A stretch of 64,000 nucleotides of DNA from assembly GCA_000165345.1 (NCBI GenBank), contig CM000435.1, forward strand, positions 1,120,001-1,184,000, written 5' to 3'. Of this stretch, positions 53,538-62,523 are shown one piece after another. The first letter of the stretch is position 1. The number at the start of each line of letters is the position of its first letter. The position numbers and the translations under genes are program-made. Below the pieces are notes generated by a model that saw nothing but the letters and a program-made list of their open reading frames with translations, searched no databases and was not told the origin of the DNA.

Positions 53538-53669
53538 ATGGAAAACTCAAACCCAATAATCTACTTTAAACCAGTAGATGAAAATAGCATAGAGGAGGTT
53601 GATGCCAATTCCCTTTTTTATTGCGAAAATAGAGAATTAAATAATACAATAAATCAAGTAACAAAAAAT
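53538..53669 (+). CDS. MIP18/FAM96 (DUF59, CIA2-like Fe-S assembly) family protein, exon 1 of 2
   Basis: An ATG at 53538 opens 44 codons (MENSNPIIYFKPVDENSIEEVDANSLFYCENRELNNTINQVTKN) ending just before a GTAAGT donor at 53670. The ORF track missed this gene because it is split. Confidence 0.75.
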
Positions 53670-53763
53670 GTAAGTACCTAGCATATAATATAGAATACGG
53701 TTCTTATTCTTAACAATTTCTATTAAACAATCATTTTTTTTTCTTTCTCATACCAATTTTTAG
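53670..53763 (+). other. Spliceosomal intron (94 nt, GTAAGT...TTTTTAG), phase 0
   Basis: The canonical GT-AG boundaries are an AT-rich 94-nt intron with a polypyrimidine tract (tttttttttctttctcataccaatttttag). Splicing joins exon 1 in frame to DVYECIKDIIDPEYPLTLEQLNVV. Confidence 0.75.
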
Positions 53764-54150
53764 GACGTTTACGAATGCATTAAAGATATTATTGACCCAG
53801 AATACCCTTTAACTCTTGAACAACTAAACGTTGTTTCCCTTGAAAACATTATAATCAACCATGAAGAACAAATCATATTCGTTTTCTTCAAGCCCACAGT
53901 AACTAGCTGCTCCCAAGCAAGCCTTATTGGACTATCGCTATACTATAAACTACACACCGTTTTTAATAAAAACTTTAAAATCATTATCAAAGTAGTTAAG
54001 GGTACACACGATCTTGAAGATTCGATCAATAAACAACTCAAAGACAAAGAGAGGGTACACGCTGCACTAGAAAATCCTCAAATATATAAAACTATCACAA
54101 AAGGACTCGCAAACTCCGATGTTTGGGAAGACCAATCTTTATTATACTAA
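53764..54150 (+). CDS. MIP18/FAM96 (DUF59, CIA2-like) family protein, exon 2 of 2 (128 codons plus stop; total protein 172 aa)
   Basis: DVYECIKDIIDPEYPLTLEQLNVVSLENIIINHEEQIIFVFFKPTVTSCSQASLIGLSLYYKLHTVFNKNFKIIIKVVKGTHDLEDSINKQLKDKERVHAALENPQIYKTITKGL aligns block-for-block with MIP18/FAM96B (DPEHPLTLEELNVV...FTPT.PHCS.ATLIGL...I.PGTH.SE.AVNKQL.DKERVAAALEN). Exon 2 has no Met, so no ORF was listed. Confidence 0.8.
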   Translation, partial: DVYECIKDIIDPEYPLTLEQLNVVSLENIIINHEEQIIFVFFKPTVTSCSQASLIGLSLYYKLHTVFNKNFKIIIKVVKGTHDLEDSINKQLKDKERVHAALENPQIYKTITKGLANSDVWEDQSLLY

Positions 54151-54175
54151 TTTAATCATTTTTTTTCTCCACATA

Positions 54176-54226
54176 AAATTCCCGCCTAGAATCGGCTTTC
54201 TTTCAAGGTATAATTCCCGCCTAAAC
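54176..54226. promoter_or_regulatory. Two direct copies of AATTCCCGCCTA (reverse-strand E2F-like GGCGGGAATT) 33 nt apart
   Basis: Direct read: aaattcccgcctagaatcggctttctttcaaggtataattcccgcctaaac. They lie in the short convergent region between the MIP18 gene 3' end and the 54438-56459 gene 3' end. Confidence 0.35.
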
Positions 54227-54437
54227 ATGCAAAATTAGAAAAATTATAAGAAAATCTAGGTAAAGCGAGGATGAGTAAGGAATTATTTATTTATTTTTTT
54301 AAAAGTTAGTTTCTCAATAAGAGTATACTATTTTAATAAGTTGTCCATTTCCTACAACATTGATTGGAGGAAGACCTTCTTTGCTTTATTAGGTTTGAGT
54401 TGATATTTTAATCAAATGATAAAGCGCGCCAGTGGGG

Positions 54438-56459
54438 CTAGTCAGACTTGGACTTTTCATTGCCGAAGCTTGGATAATTAAAGTTTCTAAGAGAGAGTTT
54501 TAATAAAACAAAAAAGATACATATTGCTGGGGTGAAGATGTACATAAACTGGAAGATGTTGAGTGTATGCCAGTAGCAAAGGATAATGAAAAGAGAAATT
54601 GCCAAAGAAATGAAGGTTGCTACTTTAATGAAAGGGACGTTATTTATGAAAGTGAAGAATCCTTGGTCAATCTTGGACAACTTATTCCAAATAGGAATAA
54701 TTTTGAATAGTGATAGTAAAATTAGGATAGAGAAGCCATAAGGGAGAAGAGGTCCAGGTAGTTTTCTTGGTTCTTTAAATTTATATGAGATTTCTTCTTT
54801 TGGATAGAAATCGGCAATCTTGGGGTGGATCTTGTATGGACAAAGTTTACTAAGAGCTGATGTATCATTACGTTCATCATTAATCATAATTGAAAGTATC
54901 TCTTGATTGGAATTTGAGGAATTGGATGATTCATTTTTCAATGGATTTCCAATAATAATTCTTATGGAAAATTCTAGAGAAGAGCAAATAAAGTCATTAT
55001 TTGTAAGATCTAAATAGAGTTTTAGATTATTCTTCTCAATAATTGCTGGAATAAGTTTGATTGTTCGGGTACCAATAGTTTTATAAGGAGTCAAAGCTTT
55101 AATTTCAAAAGCAGTAAAATATTGATATACTGTTTCAAAGTTTAATATCTCCAAGCTTGTTTGTAGTTCCAGAGAAAATTGGAAACTATCTAATGTCTTC
55201 ATATAGTGAGTATTAATATCCTTAACTTGAGATTTTCCCAATGTTAACTTCTCACCAAAGTAAATAGTGGCTTTTGTGATCTCAAAATTGGAGCTTTTCT
55301 TATTAAGAATTGGAATATTGGCTTCTCTAGCAAGGACTGATCTACTAGAGATTTTTAGCTTTGGAATAGATTTAGACAAATCATTCTTCACTTTCTCAAG
55401 ATTAAATGGTTCGGTTTGATTTGCAATATTATAAAAAAGTTGATACTCGCAAGTATTTGGTATACCTACAAGTTTAAAAGTATTAGTATTTGATAAATCC
55501 AAAGATAAATTTTCAATTGGTGATCCATCTAATCTACAAAATATAACTGTAGCTAAATTCTCATCAATATTTTTGGGATTAGTATTTTGGAAACCTTGTA
55601 TCAAATAAATACCAGAATCAATAAACAGTCTTCTAGTGACAATATATTCATTCAAAACTGTTAAACTTTTTATATCTCTAAGTTTAATTCTTGAAATACT
55701 ATAGGCCATTTGCTGTAAGGAAAGTGGGATATCTTCAAAATCAACGGGTCTTCTTAAGAAGAAGTACGCTTTAGATAAAAGTGAGAAGTTGAGGACAAAG
55801 GTATCTAAGTCTACAATAGGATAAAACTTGAGATTCTTATTTTGCAATTCCAAGATTGTATTCATCATTTTAAGATGTTGTACATTTCTAGATCCTAATC
55901 GAATTAACTGAGAAATTGATCCAAATAAAAATGAGATTTCTTCATAATCTAATATTTGATTACTTGAAATTTGTTTCTTGATAATACTTAACTTATCATT
56001 AATAATCTCATTTGAGTCTTCTATTATATCGTCTCTTCCTAAAACTGAACTAATTTCCTGTGGTAAATTGGATAGTATAGTTGTTAAGTAATATAGCTCT
56101 TTTAAGGTTGGCTTAGTTGATTTCATAAAATATTGTCTTAAGATTTCAGAACTAGTAATTGCTAATTTGAGATCACATTGAACTAGTATCGAACCAAATA
56201 TTGAGCAATTTAAATCATTTAATGGAGTATCTATCCTTTGAATCTTATTTCTGAAAATGTTACAAAGTGAGTTAGTTTCTGATTTTGGGACATAATTTGT
56301 TGCTAGTAATTTTAATAATAATGCATCACATGTACCTATTTCTTGCGTGATATCACTCGGTACCTCTGGTAAAATATTAACGAATTGGGTTTGTACCTTA
56401 TTTATTAAGGCAAAAACAAATAATATTAAAGAAACAAGTATTTTTCCCATATTTCTCAC
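54438..56459 (-). CDS. Secreted/membrane hypothetical protein (673 aa): N-terminal signal peptide, large lumenal/extracellular domain, three C-terminal transmembrane helices
   Basis: The signal peptide is MRNMGKILVSLILFVFALINKVQTQ. C-terminal hydrophobic segments are LLPYGFSILILLSLFKIIPIW, FIKVATFISLAISLFIILCYW and FMYIFTPAICIFFVLLKLSL. I recognise no catalytic motif. The topology resembles ER type-I complex subunits such as ribophorin II, which is speculative. Confidence 0.8.
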   Translation of the reverse strand: MRNMGKILVSLILFVFALINKVQTQFVNILPEVPSDITQEIGTCDALLLKLLATNYVPKSETNSLCNIFRNKIQRIDTPLNDLNCSIFGSILVQCDLKLAITSSEILRQYFMKSTKPTLKELYYLTTILSNLPQEISSVLGRDDIIEDSNEIINDKLSIIKKQISSNQILDYEEISFLFGSISQLIRLGSRNVQHLKMMNTILELQNKNLKFYPIVDLDTFVLNFSLLSKAYFFLRRPVDFEDIPLSLQQMAYSISRIKLRDIKSLTVLNEYIVTRRLFIDSGIYLIQGFQNTNPKNIDENLATVIFCRLDGSPIENLSLDLSNTNTFKLVGIPNTCEYQLFYNIANQTEPFNLEKVKNDLSKSIPKLKISSRSVLAREANIPILNKKSSNFEITKATIYFGEKLTLGKSQVKDINTHYMKTLDSFQFSLELQTSLEILNFETVYQYFTAFEIKALTPYKTIGTRTIKLIPAIIEKNNLKLYLDLTNNDFICSSLEFSIRIIIGNPLKNESSNSSNSNQEILSIMINDERNDTSALSKLCPYKIHPKIADFYPKEEISYKFKEPRKLPGPLLPYGFSILILLSLFKIIPIWNKLSKIDQGFFTFINNVPFIKVATFISLAISLFIILCYWHTLNIFQFMYIFTPAICIFFVLLKLSLRNFNYPSFGNEKSKSD

Positions 56460-57176
56460 AATTTTCTATATTACCTTATATTAATTATGCAAGCCAGTAA
56501 ATTATAAGTAACTGAATTTAAATGATCTTGTATTATATTATCTTTGAGAATTCCAAGCAATTAGCTTCCAAACTCCACAATTATAACTTCCTACTTAAAT
56601 AATACCTAGTATTGAAAGTAAAAACTTGGTTTATAAAGACAAAAAATTTATTTATTTATTGTGAATGCTTTCAAGTTAATTCTAAGAATTATTATTGAAT
56701 ATTTTGGCAGCTTAAATAAGAATTTTTTCCCGCCTCAGTAACTTTTTAAAAATTTTCAGTAATTATCATTTTTTGATTATAGAACAGAGAATTTGGGGAG
56801 ACGAGTGGGATTATGAAGGAAAAAGGAGAGCTTTAGAGATTTGGAAATAAAGTGATAAGTTAAGGGGTAGAAATATTGTAAGAAAATGAGAGGAAGAGAG
56901 AGATAAAAAAATACTAGTTTAAGTAAAACCTCAATTCTGCCAGTAACTTTTGCTCTTCAATTAGTTTCAAAAGTTGCATATACAGAAGAATATCAACTAA
57001 ATTTTGTAATTTTTATATTTTTAGATTGTTCAAGTAATTTAATACATAATTTTTAGAATTTCTCATTATTTATAAATTCTAACAAATCGTAACAAAATTA
57101 GAAACCTCTCCCCCCCCTCCCTGATTTGTGCATGCATAATTTGTTGACAATTATTAATTCTTATCCACTTAAAATA

Positions 57177-57188
57177 CCCCCCCCCCCC
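57177..57188. repeat. C12 homopolymer (G12 on the other strand), with a second C-rich run at 57110-57120
   Basis: Direct read: aaaataccccccccccccacatgg and ctctccccccccctccctg. Such runs are unusual in a roughly 28% GC context. Confidence 0.9.
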
Positions 57189-57204
57189 ACATGGCATTTT
57201 AGCT

Positions 57205-57243
57205 ATACCGGTATTGACAGTGGCGCCAAGTGTGTGCATGCAA
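57205..57243. promoter_or_regulatory. ATACCGGTAT palindrome plus TGGCGCCAAG E2F-like box plus GTGCATGCAA
   Basis: Direct read: ataccggtattgacagtggcgccaagtgtgtgcatgcaaaaatg. It lies in the intergenic region that is 3' of SMYD and 5' of the 56459 membrane-protein gene. Confidence 0.4.
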
Positions 57244-57481
57244 AAATGAATTAGTATAAAAATAACTAGATAAATTAAATGAATATAATATAGTGATATT
57301 GGAACAACCATAAAAGGAATAGGAGAGGGAATTAAATTTTAGGTGTAAAGGATTCCTATTCTAATAGATCCTTTGCTTGTATTCCTCTTCTCCGATAGAA
57401 GAAATAAAATAAAATAAACAAAGTGAAAGTTAAACGTTTTAAACAAAAGGTTACTATATACATGCACATTAAAATTAATTT

Positions 57482-59212
57482 TTAAGCGGCATCTTTATGC
57501 CCAATTAGAGAATTCACTGAAGATATATTATATGGGTAAGAGAAATTTCTGGAGCAAATTTGTCTGATTTTAAGACATTTATTCCATTCTGTATTGGATT
57601 CTGAAACATGTCCTAGGTGAGATAAAGCAATAGCTTTAGTGGAGTATAGATTGGAGATTTCTAAATTATATTGGTTCTGAAATAATAATAAATGAGAGTT
57701 GATCATTTTTGAAACATAATAATTAACAGAATTCCAGTCTTTAACAATAACATTCCAAAAAGTGAGTAACTTATAACATCTATAGAGTAAATGGTTTAAT
57801 GGATGAGGTAACAGTGATTTAGAGTCAGGAAGATGATATTTTTGAATTAAGCTTGATATTAGATTAATTGCTCCTTGGAGATCATATTTTTGAATATTCA
57901 TATTCTCAGCTTCTTGTATGGTATCAAGAAATTCATTTTGAATACTGGTAACTTCAGATCCGTAATAAATTTCACCACATGAATTACAGTGATATGATTC
58001 AGTTAATTGGGAGATTAGATAGTCTTGATCATCAATAATAGACATAATATTCTCTGGTTGATTTAAGTTAGAAACAGATTCTGATTGGATTATTGGAATA
58101 TTATTACTTTTATAGTCAAAATCATTAATGTTGAAGCATTTTGAACAACAAAATCCTTGGATATATGAGTCATTACAATTAAGAAAAGATGTTGTGCATC
58201 TTTCACAATGGCATATAAAATGTTTGGTTTTAAGTAGATTTTTAATTCGATTTCTCCTAGTATCATAAATCTCAACATAATTAATTGTAATTTCTTCATC
58301 CTTTTGAATCTTCCTATTAGCTATTAAATTAATTGTTACAGAGGATTGATTAGGAATAGGATTTACTCCAATGAAGTCACAATTTGGATCACAGCTATGG
58401 TTAAACAGGCTAGAATATGAAAAAAGTCCCCATCCAAGAATGCTTGGGTTTAATAAAGAGTTAGACAACTCTAAAGAAGAATTTGGAGCTTTTTGTCGTG
58501 GATTCACTAATTCTGATACTGAATCTCCATTTACATTGCATTTCAAAGGGAATTTAGGGATTCCAAAACTATTACTATCTATAATGCATGAAATCTTAAC
58601 CAATAACTTATCTGTAATAATATCACTTTCCAATTTATCAATTTCTGCTTTCAGTTTTGGAATTTTGAGAATCTCGAGTGCTAATTCTTGATAAACATCC
58701 TTAATGCTCTGTAAAAACTTTTCTTGATTGTCAACTAAAGAATTAATTTGGTTTAAATTTGATATTAAGTAACTATTATTCTGCTCTCTTTGGCTCTTAT
58801 TTTTATCATTAAGCTCAAGTATTAATTTAATAACAAATCTCGTTAAAAGTCTAGATCTATCAAAAGAAACTCCTACTTTATTAGAAATCATTTGCAAAAT
58901 ATCCAACTTTAGTATTCCACATTCAAAATGATGAATTGTTTTAGACTCCTCCATACATTTCTTTGAACAAAACTTGATTTTCTTGCATTCCTGACATTCT
59001 AGAATGCATTCAGAATAAGAGCCTTCCGATCTCAAATAATTAAAGCATGTATCACAAATTTCTTCTATATTATCACTAAATAATATTCTACAATACGGTT
59101 CTTCCATTAATATGCTTTCTCCAATCTGTATTTCCTCCTTTGCTATGATACTCCTCCCTTTCCTCTCATCTTCTTTTATTTCAATTTTTTCTGGTAAATT
59201 CCACATTTGCAA
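57482..59212 (-). CDS. SET and MYND domain-containing (SMYD-family) protein lysine methyltransferase
   Basis: The MYND zinc finger is CDTCFNYL...CQECKKIKFCSKKCMEESKTIHHFEC (C-x2-C...C-x2-C...C...H...C). It is inserted in a split SET domain whose C-terminal part carries the SET signature FNHSCDPNC. A Cys-rich post-SET region follows (FICHCERC...CCSKC). Confidence 0.88.
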   Translation of the reverse strand: MQMWNLPEKIEIKEDERKGRSIIAKEEIQIGESILMEEPYCRILFSDNIEEICDTCFNYLRSEGSYSECILECQECKKIKFCSKKCMEESKTIHHFECGILKLDILQMISNKVGVSFDRSRLLTRFVIKLILELNDKNKSQREQNNSYLISNLNQINSLVDNQEKFLQSIKDVYQELALEILKIPKLKAEIDKLESDIITDKLLVKISCIIDSNSFGIPKFPLKCNVNGDSVSELVNPRQKAPNSSLELSNSLLNPSILGWGLFSYSSLFNHSCDPNCDFIGVNPIPNQSSVTINLIANRKIQKDEEITINYVEIYDTRRNRIKNLLKTKHFICHCERCTTSFLNCNDSYIQGFCCSKCFNINDFDYKSNNIPIIQSESVSNLNQPENIMSIIDDQDYLISQLTESYHCNSCGEIYYGSEVTSIQNEFLDTIQEAENMNIQKYDLQGAINLISSLIQKYHLPDSKSLLPHPLNHLLYRCYKLLTFWNVIVKDWNSVNYYVSKMINSHLLLFQNQYNLEISNLYSTKAIALSHLGHVSESNTEWNKCLKIRQICSRNFSYPYNISSVNSLIGHKDAA

Positions 59213-59285
59213 ATCATATAAATCATCAATTATTATTAAAAATTTTTAACTATAAAAATTTTCTAAGCTAAATCTAAATTATATG

Positions 59286-59297
59286 TTTTGGCGCCAA
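59286..59297. promoter_or_regulatory. TTTTGGCGCCAA palindromic E2F-like box about 75 nt upstream of the SMYD start codon; AATACCGGTAAAA at 59338-59350
   Basis: Direct read. Confidence 0.45.
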
Positions 59298-59440
59298 CAT
59301 TCGAAATTATTATATTCGGTACCCGTGATTTCATGCAATACCGGTAAAAAAATAATAATAAAAATTTAAGTAAACTAAAATAAATTGTATAAATCGCTTA
59401 TCTAATTAATTTCTAAAATTCATTAATTCAGATTTACTAA

Positions 59441-61111
59441 TTATAATTCGTCATGTTTGATAGATTTTTCCACCGCTTCAATTTGCTCTTGTGTGGGGAA
59501 TTCATCACTAAACTGTTCAAAGTCTGAGAAAATCGTAACAACAAGATCAGTAGCATTTGCTGGATCTATGAATGAAATCTCATTAGAATCAATACTTGTT
59601 GAGTTCATCATGTAATCCTTAATATTTATGTAACTAATTTCTTCTGCATTAAAGTGAATGGGATTACCTGAATCCTTTCTATTAAAGAAAATTATGGATG
59701 GAATAGAACTGGAGTAGAACTCATCCTTAGGAAGGTCATTTTCACTGATATCAAAGGACCCAAACTTTATTTTTGATTCAGAATTCCCAAAAGAAATCGC
59801 ATCATGTAATTTTCTAATAATCTCTTCTGTATCTATGCAAGGTTGGCAAAATGGAGTAACTAAAACAACTAGCCAGTCATTCTTTTTATCCTCTAAAACC
59901 ATTGAATTAAAGTTACTTCCAACCAGCTTGAATACTGTGTCATTATCATAATAGACAGGTATTGGCTCAGATCTTAATTTTGGCTCAACCTTATTTAATT
60001 CAATATCTTGAAGAAATTTCTTTATTGTTAAATACTCTATTGGAGTATTTGGTGGTAACAGATAAGGTCTAGATTTAGCTACAGCTACTGTTGGAAGCAT
60101 CTCAGGTTCTACTAACAAAACTGTATTTAAATGAGAAGAATGTTCTGAGGTATCTAACCATACTACTCTGTAGTTATCTGCGAATTCTTGTGAAATTTGA
60201 GTAAATAATGCAACATATGGTTTAATACTTTCTTCTCCTTTACCAGGTTCCATTGGAACAAGAAGCCAAATTAAATCATATTCTACCTCTGAATATTTTA
60301 CATAATTTCTAGATGAAATCTCACCAAATAATGGAATCTGATTAGCTTTCACAAAATCCCAAACTTCTTTTCTTTGTTTAGAAGAACCATGGAAAGGTAT
60401 TGCATTTTCATATCTCCTTAAGCAAACAATCCAAGGATCAAAACTGTTTTTCTTTAAATCATTTTTTATTGAATCTAACTCTATTCCAGATTGAAAGACA
60501 TTGATAAAGCTTTCTTTAGATAAACCAAATCCTAAGTCATCCTTTGATATTTGGTAGAATTTCCCAGAGGCTCTATTATAGTTTGCTACATCATTAAATA
60601 TACTTCTCTCAATTCCGTTCTTATCACCATAAAAGATATATAAAACATCATTCTTAAGTAATAAATTCTCAAGCTTTTCCTTATTAATCATATTCTTCTC
60701 TAATTCCAAAACAGGAAATGCTACTTGTTCCTTTAACCATTCTAATATTTCATTTTCTTCTCTTCCTCCATAATATTCTTCTGCTACCTTATTTCTAAAA
60801 AACTTCATTGTAGGATAATCATTTATTTGGTATTCTTCCAATATCTTTATATTCCTCTCTCCATTGATTTTTGCCACATTAACTTTAATATTTCCTATTT
60901 CTTCATTCAACTTTTCCAATCTTTCTATTATTGTCACACATGCTGCACAATCATCAGTATAAAAGATTACTAAACAATGTTCATTCTTAGTAATAAATTC
61001 TTGAAAGCTATCTTTATTTAACTCAGTTAAATTCCCACCTTTAACTATTGAGAAATATAAAAAAAATAAAACTGTTTGTAATGTTAGTAATATCCTCCAA
61101 CTTATTTTCAT
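59441..61111 (-). CDS. ER-resident thioredoxin-fold / protein disulfide-isomerase-like protein with HDEL retention signal and non-canonical CxxC motifs
   Basis: The signal peptide is MKISWRILLTLQTVLFFLYFSIVKG. Two thioredoxin-like segments carry CAAC (FYTDDCAACVTI) and CQPC (VTPFCQPCIDT) in place of the classical CGHC. The C-terminus ends in KHDEL. Confidence 0.85.
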   Translation of the reverse strand: MKISWRILLTLQTVLFFLYFSIVKGGNLTELNKDSFQEFITKNEHCLVIFYTDDCAACVTIIERLEKLNEEIGNIKVNVAKINGERNIKILEEYQINDYPTMKFFRNKVAEEYYGGREENEILEWLKEQVAFPVLELEKNMINKEKLENLLLKNDVLYIFYGDKNGIERSIFNDVANYNRASGKFYQISKDDLGFGLSKESFINVFQSGIELDSIKNDLKKNSFDPWIVCLRRYENAIPFHGSSKQRKEVWDFVKANQIPLFGEISSRNYVKYSEVEYDLIWLLVPMEPGKGEESIKPYVALFTQISQEFADNYRVVWLDTSEHSSHLNTVLLVEPEMLPTVAVAKSRPYLLPPNTPIEYLTIKKFLQDIELNKVEPKLRSEPIPVYYDNDTVFKLVGSNFNSMVLEDKKNDWLVVLVTPFCQPCIDTEEIIRKLHDAISFGNSESKIKFGSFDISENDLPKDEFYSSSIPSIIFFNRKDSGNPIHFNAEEISYINIKDYMMNSTSIDSNEISFIDPANATDLVVTIFSDFEQFSDEFPTQEQIEAVEKSIKHDEL

Positions 61112-61303
61112 TCTTTAAAATTACTAATTTATTCTACTTTTTCCGAATATTGTGCTTTTGCACTATATTGAAATCTTATTAAATTGTATTTTATTTTCAA
61201 ACCTTCACCCTCTTTAAACTTTACTATTAATTTTTAAAAAAATAACTTTTATTTTCACACAATTAATTATTTATTTCCCATCTTAATAAATTCAACTTAT
61301 GCA

Positions 61304-61455
61304 TTTGGCGCCCAAATAAAACGGTACCTGCACCCCACCGTTCCAATCACGAGGCGCCACATTACGGGCGGAGAACCGTGATGTTGATTTGGATTGGCGC
61401 CAAGTGCGCGACCGCCATATTTATAACAGAACGCCGGTTTGAGATGACTTGGCGG
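61304..61455. promoter_or_regulatory. 150-nt GC-rich island densely packed with GGCGCC / GCGCG / GGCGG boxes
   Basis: Direct read: TTTGGCGCCCAAA, GAGGCGCCAC, GGGCGGAG, TTGGCGCCAAGTGCGCGACCGCC, ACGCCGG, TTGGCGG. It begins about 190 nt upstream of the PDI-like gene start and is the highest local GC in the window. Confidence 0.5.
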
Positions 61456-62499
61456 TAAACTTGAGTAAGAACAACTAAATAAAATTTAAATGATAATAAA
61501 GGTAAAATTGAGAATAAAAAAAAACGGATAAAAAAAAATGAGCGAAATTAGAGTAGTCTGAATTGAGTTCGTTAATACATGATCCAACGTCTCGAGAATT
61601 GGACTTAATTAGATACAAAAATGATCCGAAAATACATTTTCGTTCCACGTGCCGGCCAACCATTTTCAAGTTGAAATAAAAAATTTCAACGAATTTCTGT
61701 TAGGTGGCGTTAGTTATCTCAACTAATACTTCTAAGAATACATTCAAAAGAATGTAGAGGCATCTCAGACCTTCCCATCCATTTATGAAAAATGTAGTTA
61801 AGTAATATTTCATATAAATAAAATATTAGCAAAACCCACTTTATTGTCTATGGAGAATCTCGAGCTTGATCTCGCCCATAGCCACTTTTTTTAAATAAAA
61901 AAAAACTCAAGTTACGAATAGTATAATATATAGTTAAATTCCATGTAAATTTAAATTTAGAAATATCAATCAAAAGCTTTATCTCGATTTTGTTACTATA
62001 TATATATATAAGCAAAAGCCGTTTGTCTGTCCCTTTTGAAGAATAAAAAGATCTATTTAAAGTTAAACATCTTCTCAAAAAGTGTTTTAAATTAGTTGAT
62101 ATAGTACTCTTTTTCTCTATCAATTGAAATAAATATAGCTCCATTGGAATATATTGAATTCCTCTAAATTAAATGTAGGTATATAATATTATTATACCAA
62201 GTATGTAGAACCCTGTGATTGACATAAACTCTACGGTAATAAAAGAGCAATGGCACCCGAGATTCGTTACTTTTCGATGAAGTTTGATCCAATAAAATAG
62301 TAAAAATATCCCAAATATTGGTCTTCGGTATCATCGGTATATCTTGAAGATATAGAGTAAACCATTGTATATATCTAAATAATAGAGGAATTTACGTTAT
62401 ATTATAAGTATCAATTAAACAGTATGATCCAATTTTCTTCTTTTATATGAATATTAAGTTATCTTGATTAATAATATTTCATCATCTGATATCCAATAC

Positions 62500-62523
62500 A
62501 TATATATATATATATATATATAT
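62500..62523. repeat. (AT)12 microsatellite
   Basis: Direct read: tatatatatatatatatatatatatg. Confidence 0.9.

Noticed and set aside
61848-62144. 98-aa minus-strand ORF and 64-aa ORF at 61475-61669
   Set aside because: They are Lys/Ile/Tyr-rich with no motif and sit in AT-rich microsatellite context. They are most likely chance ORFs.
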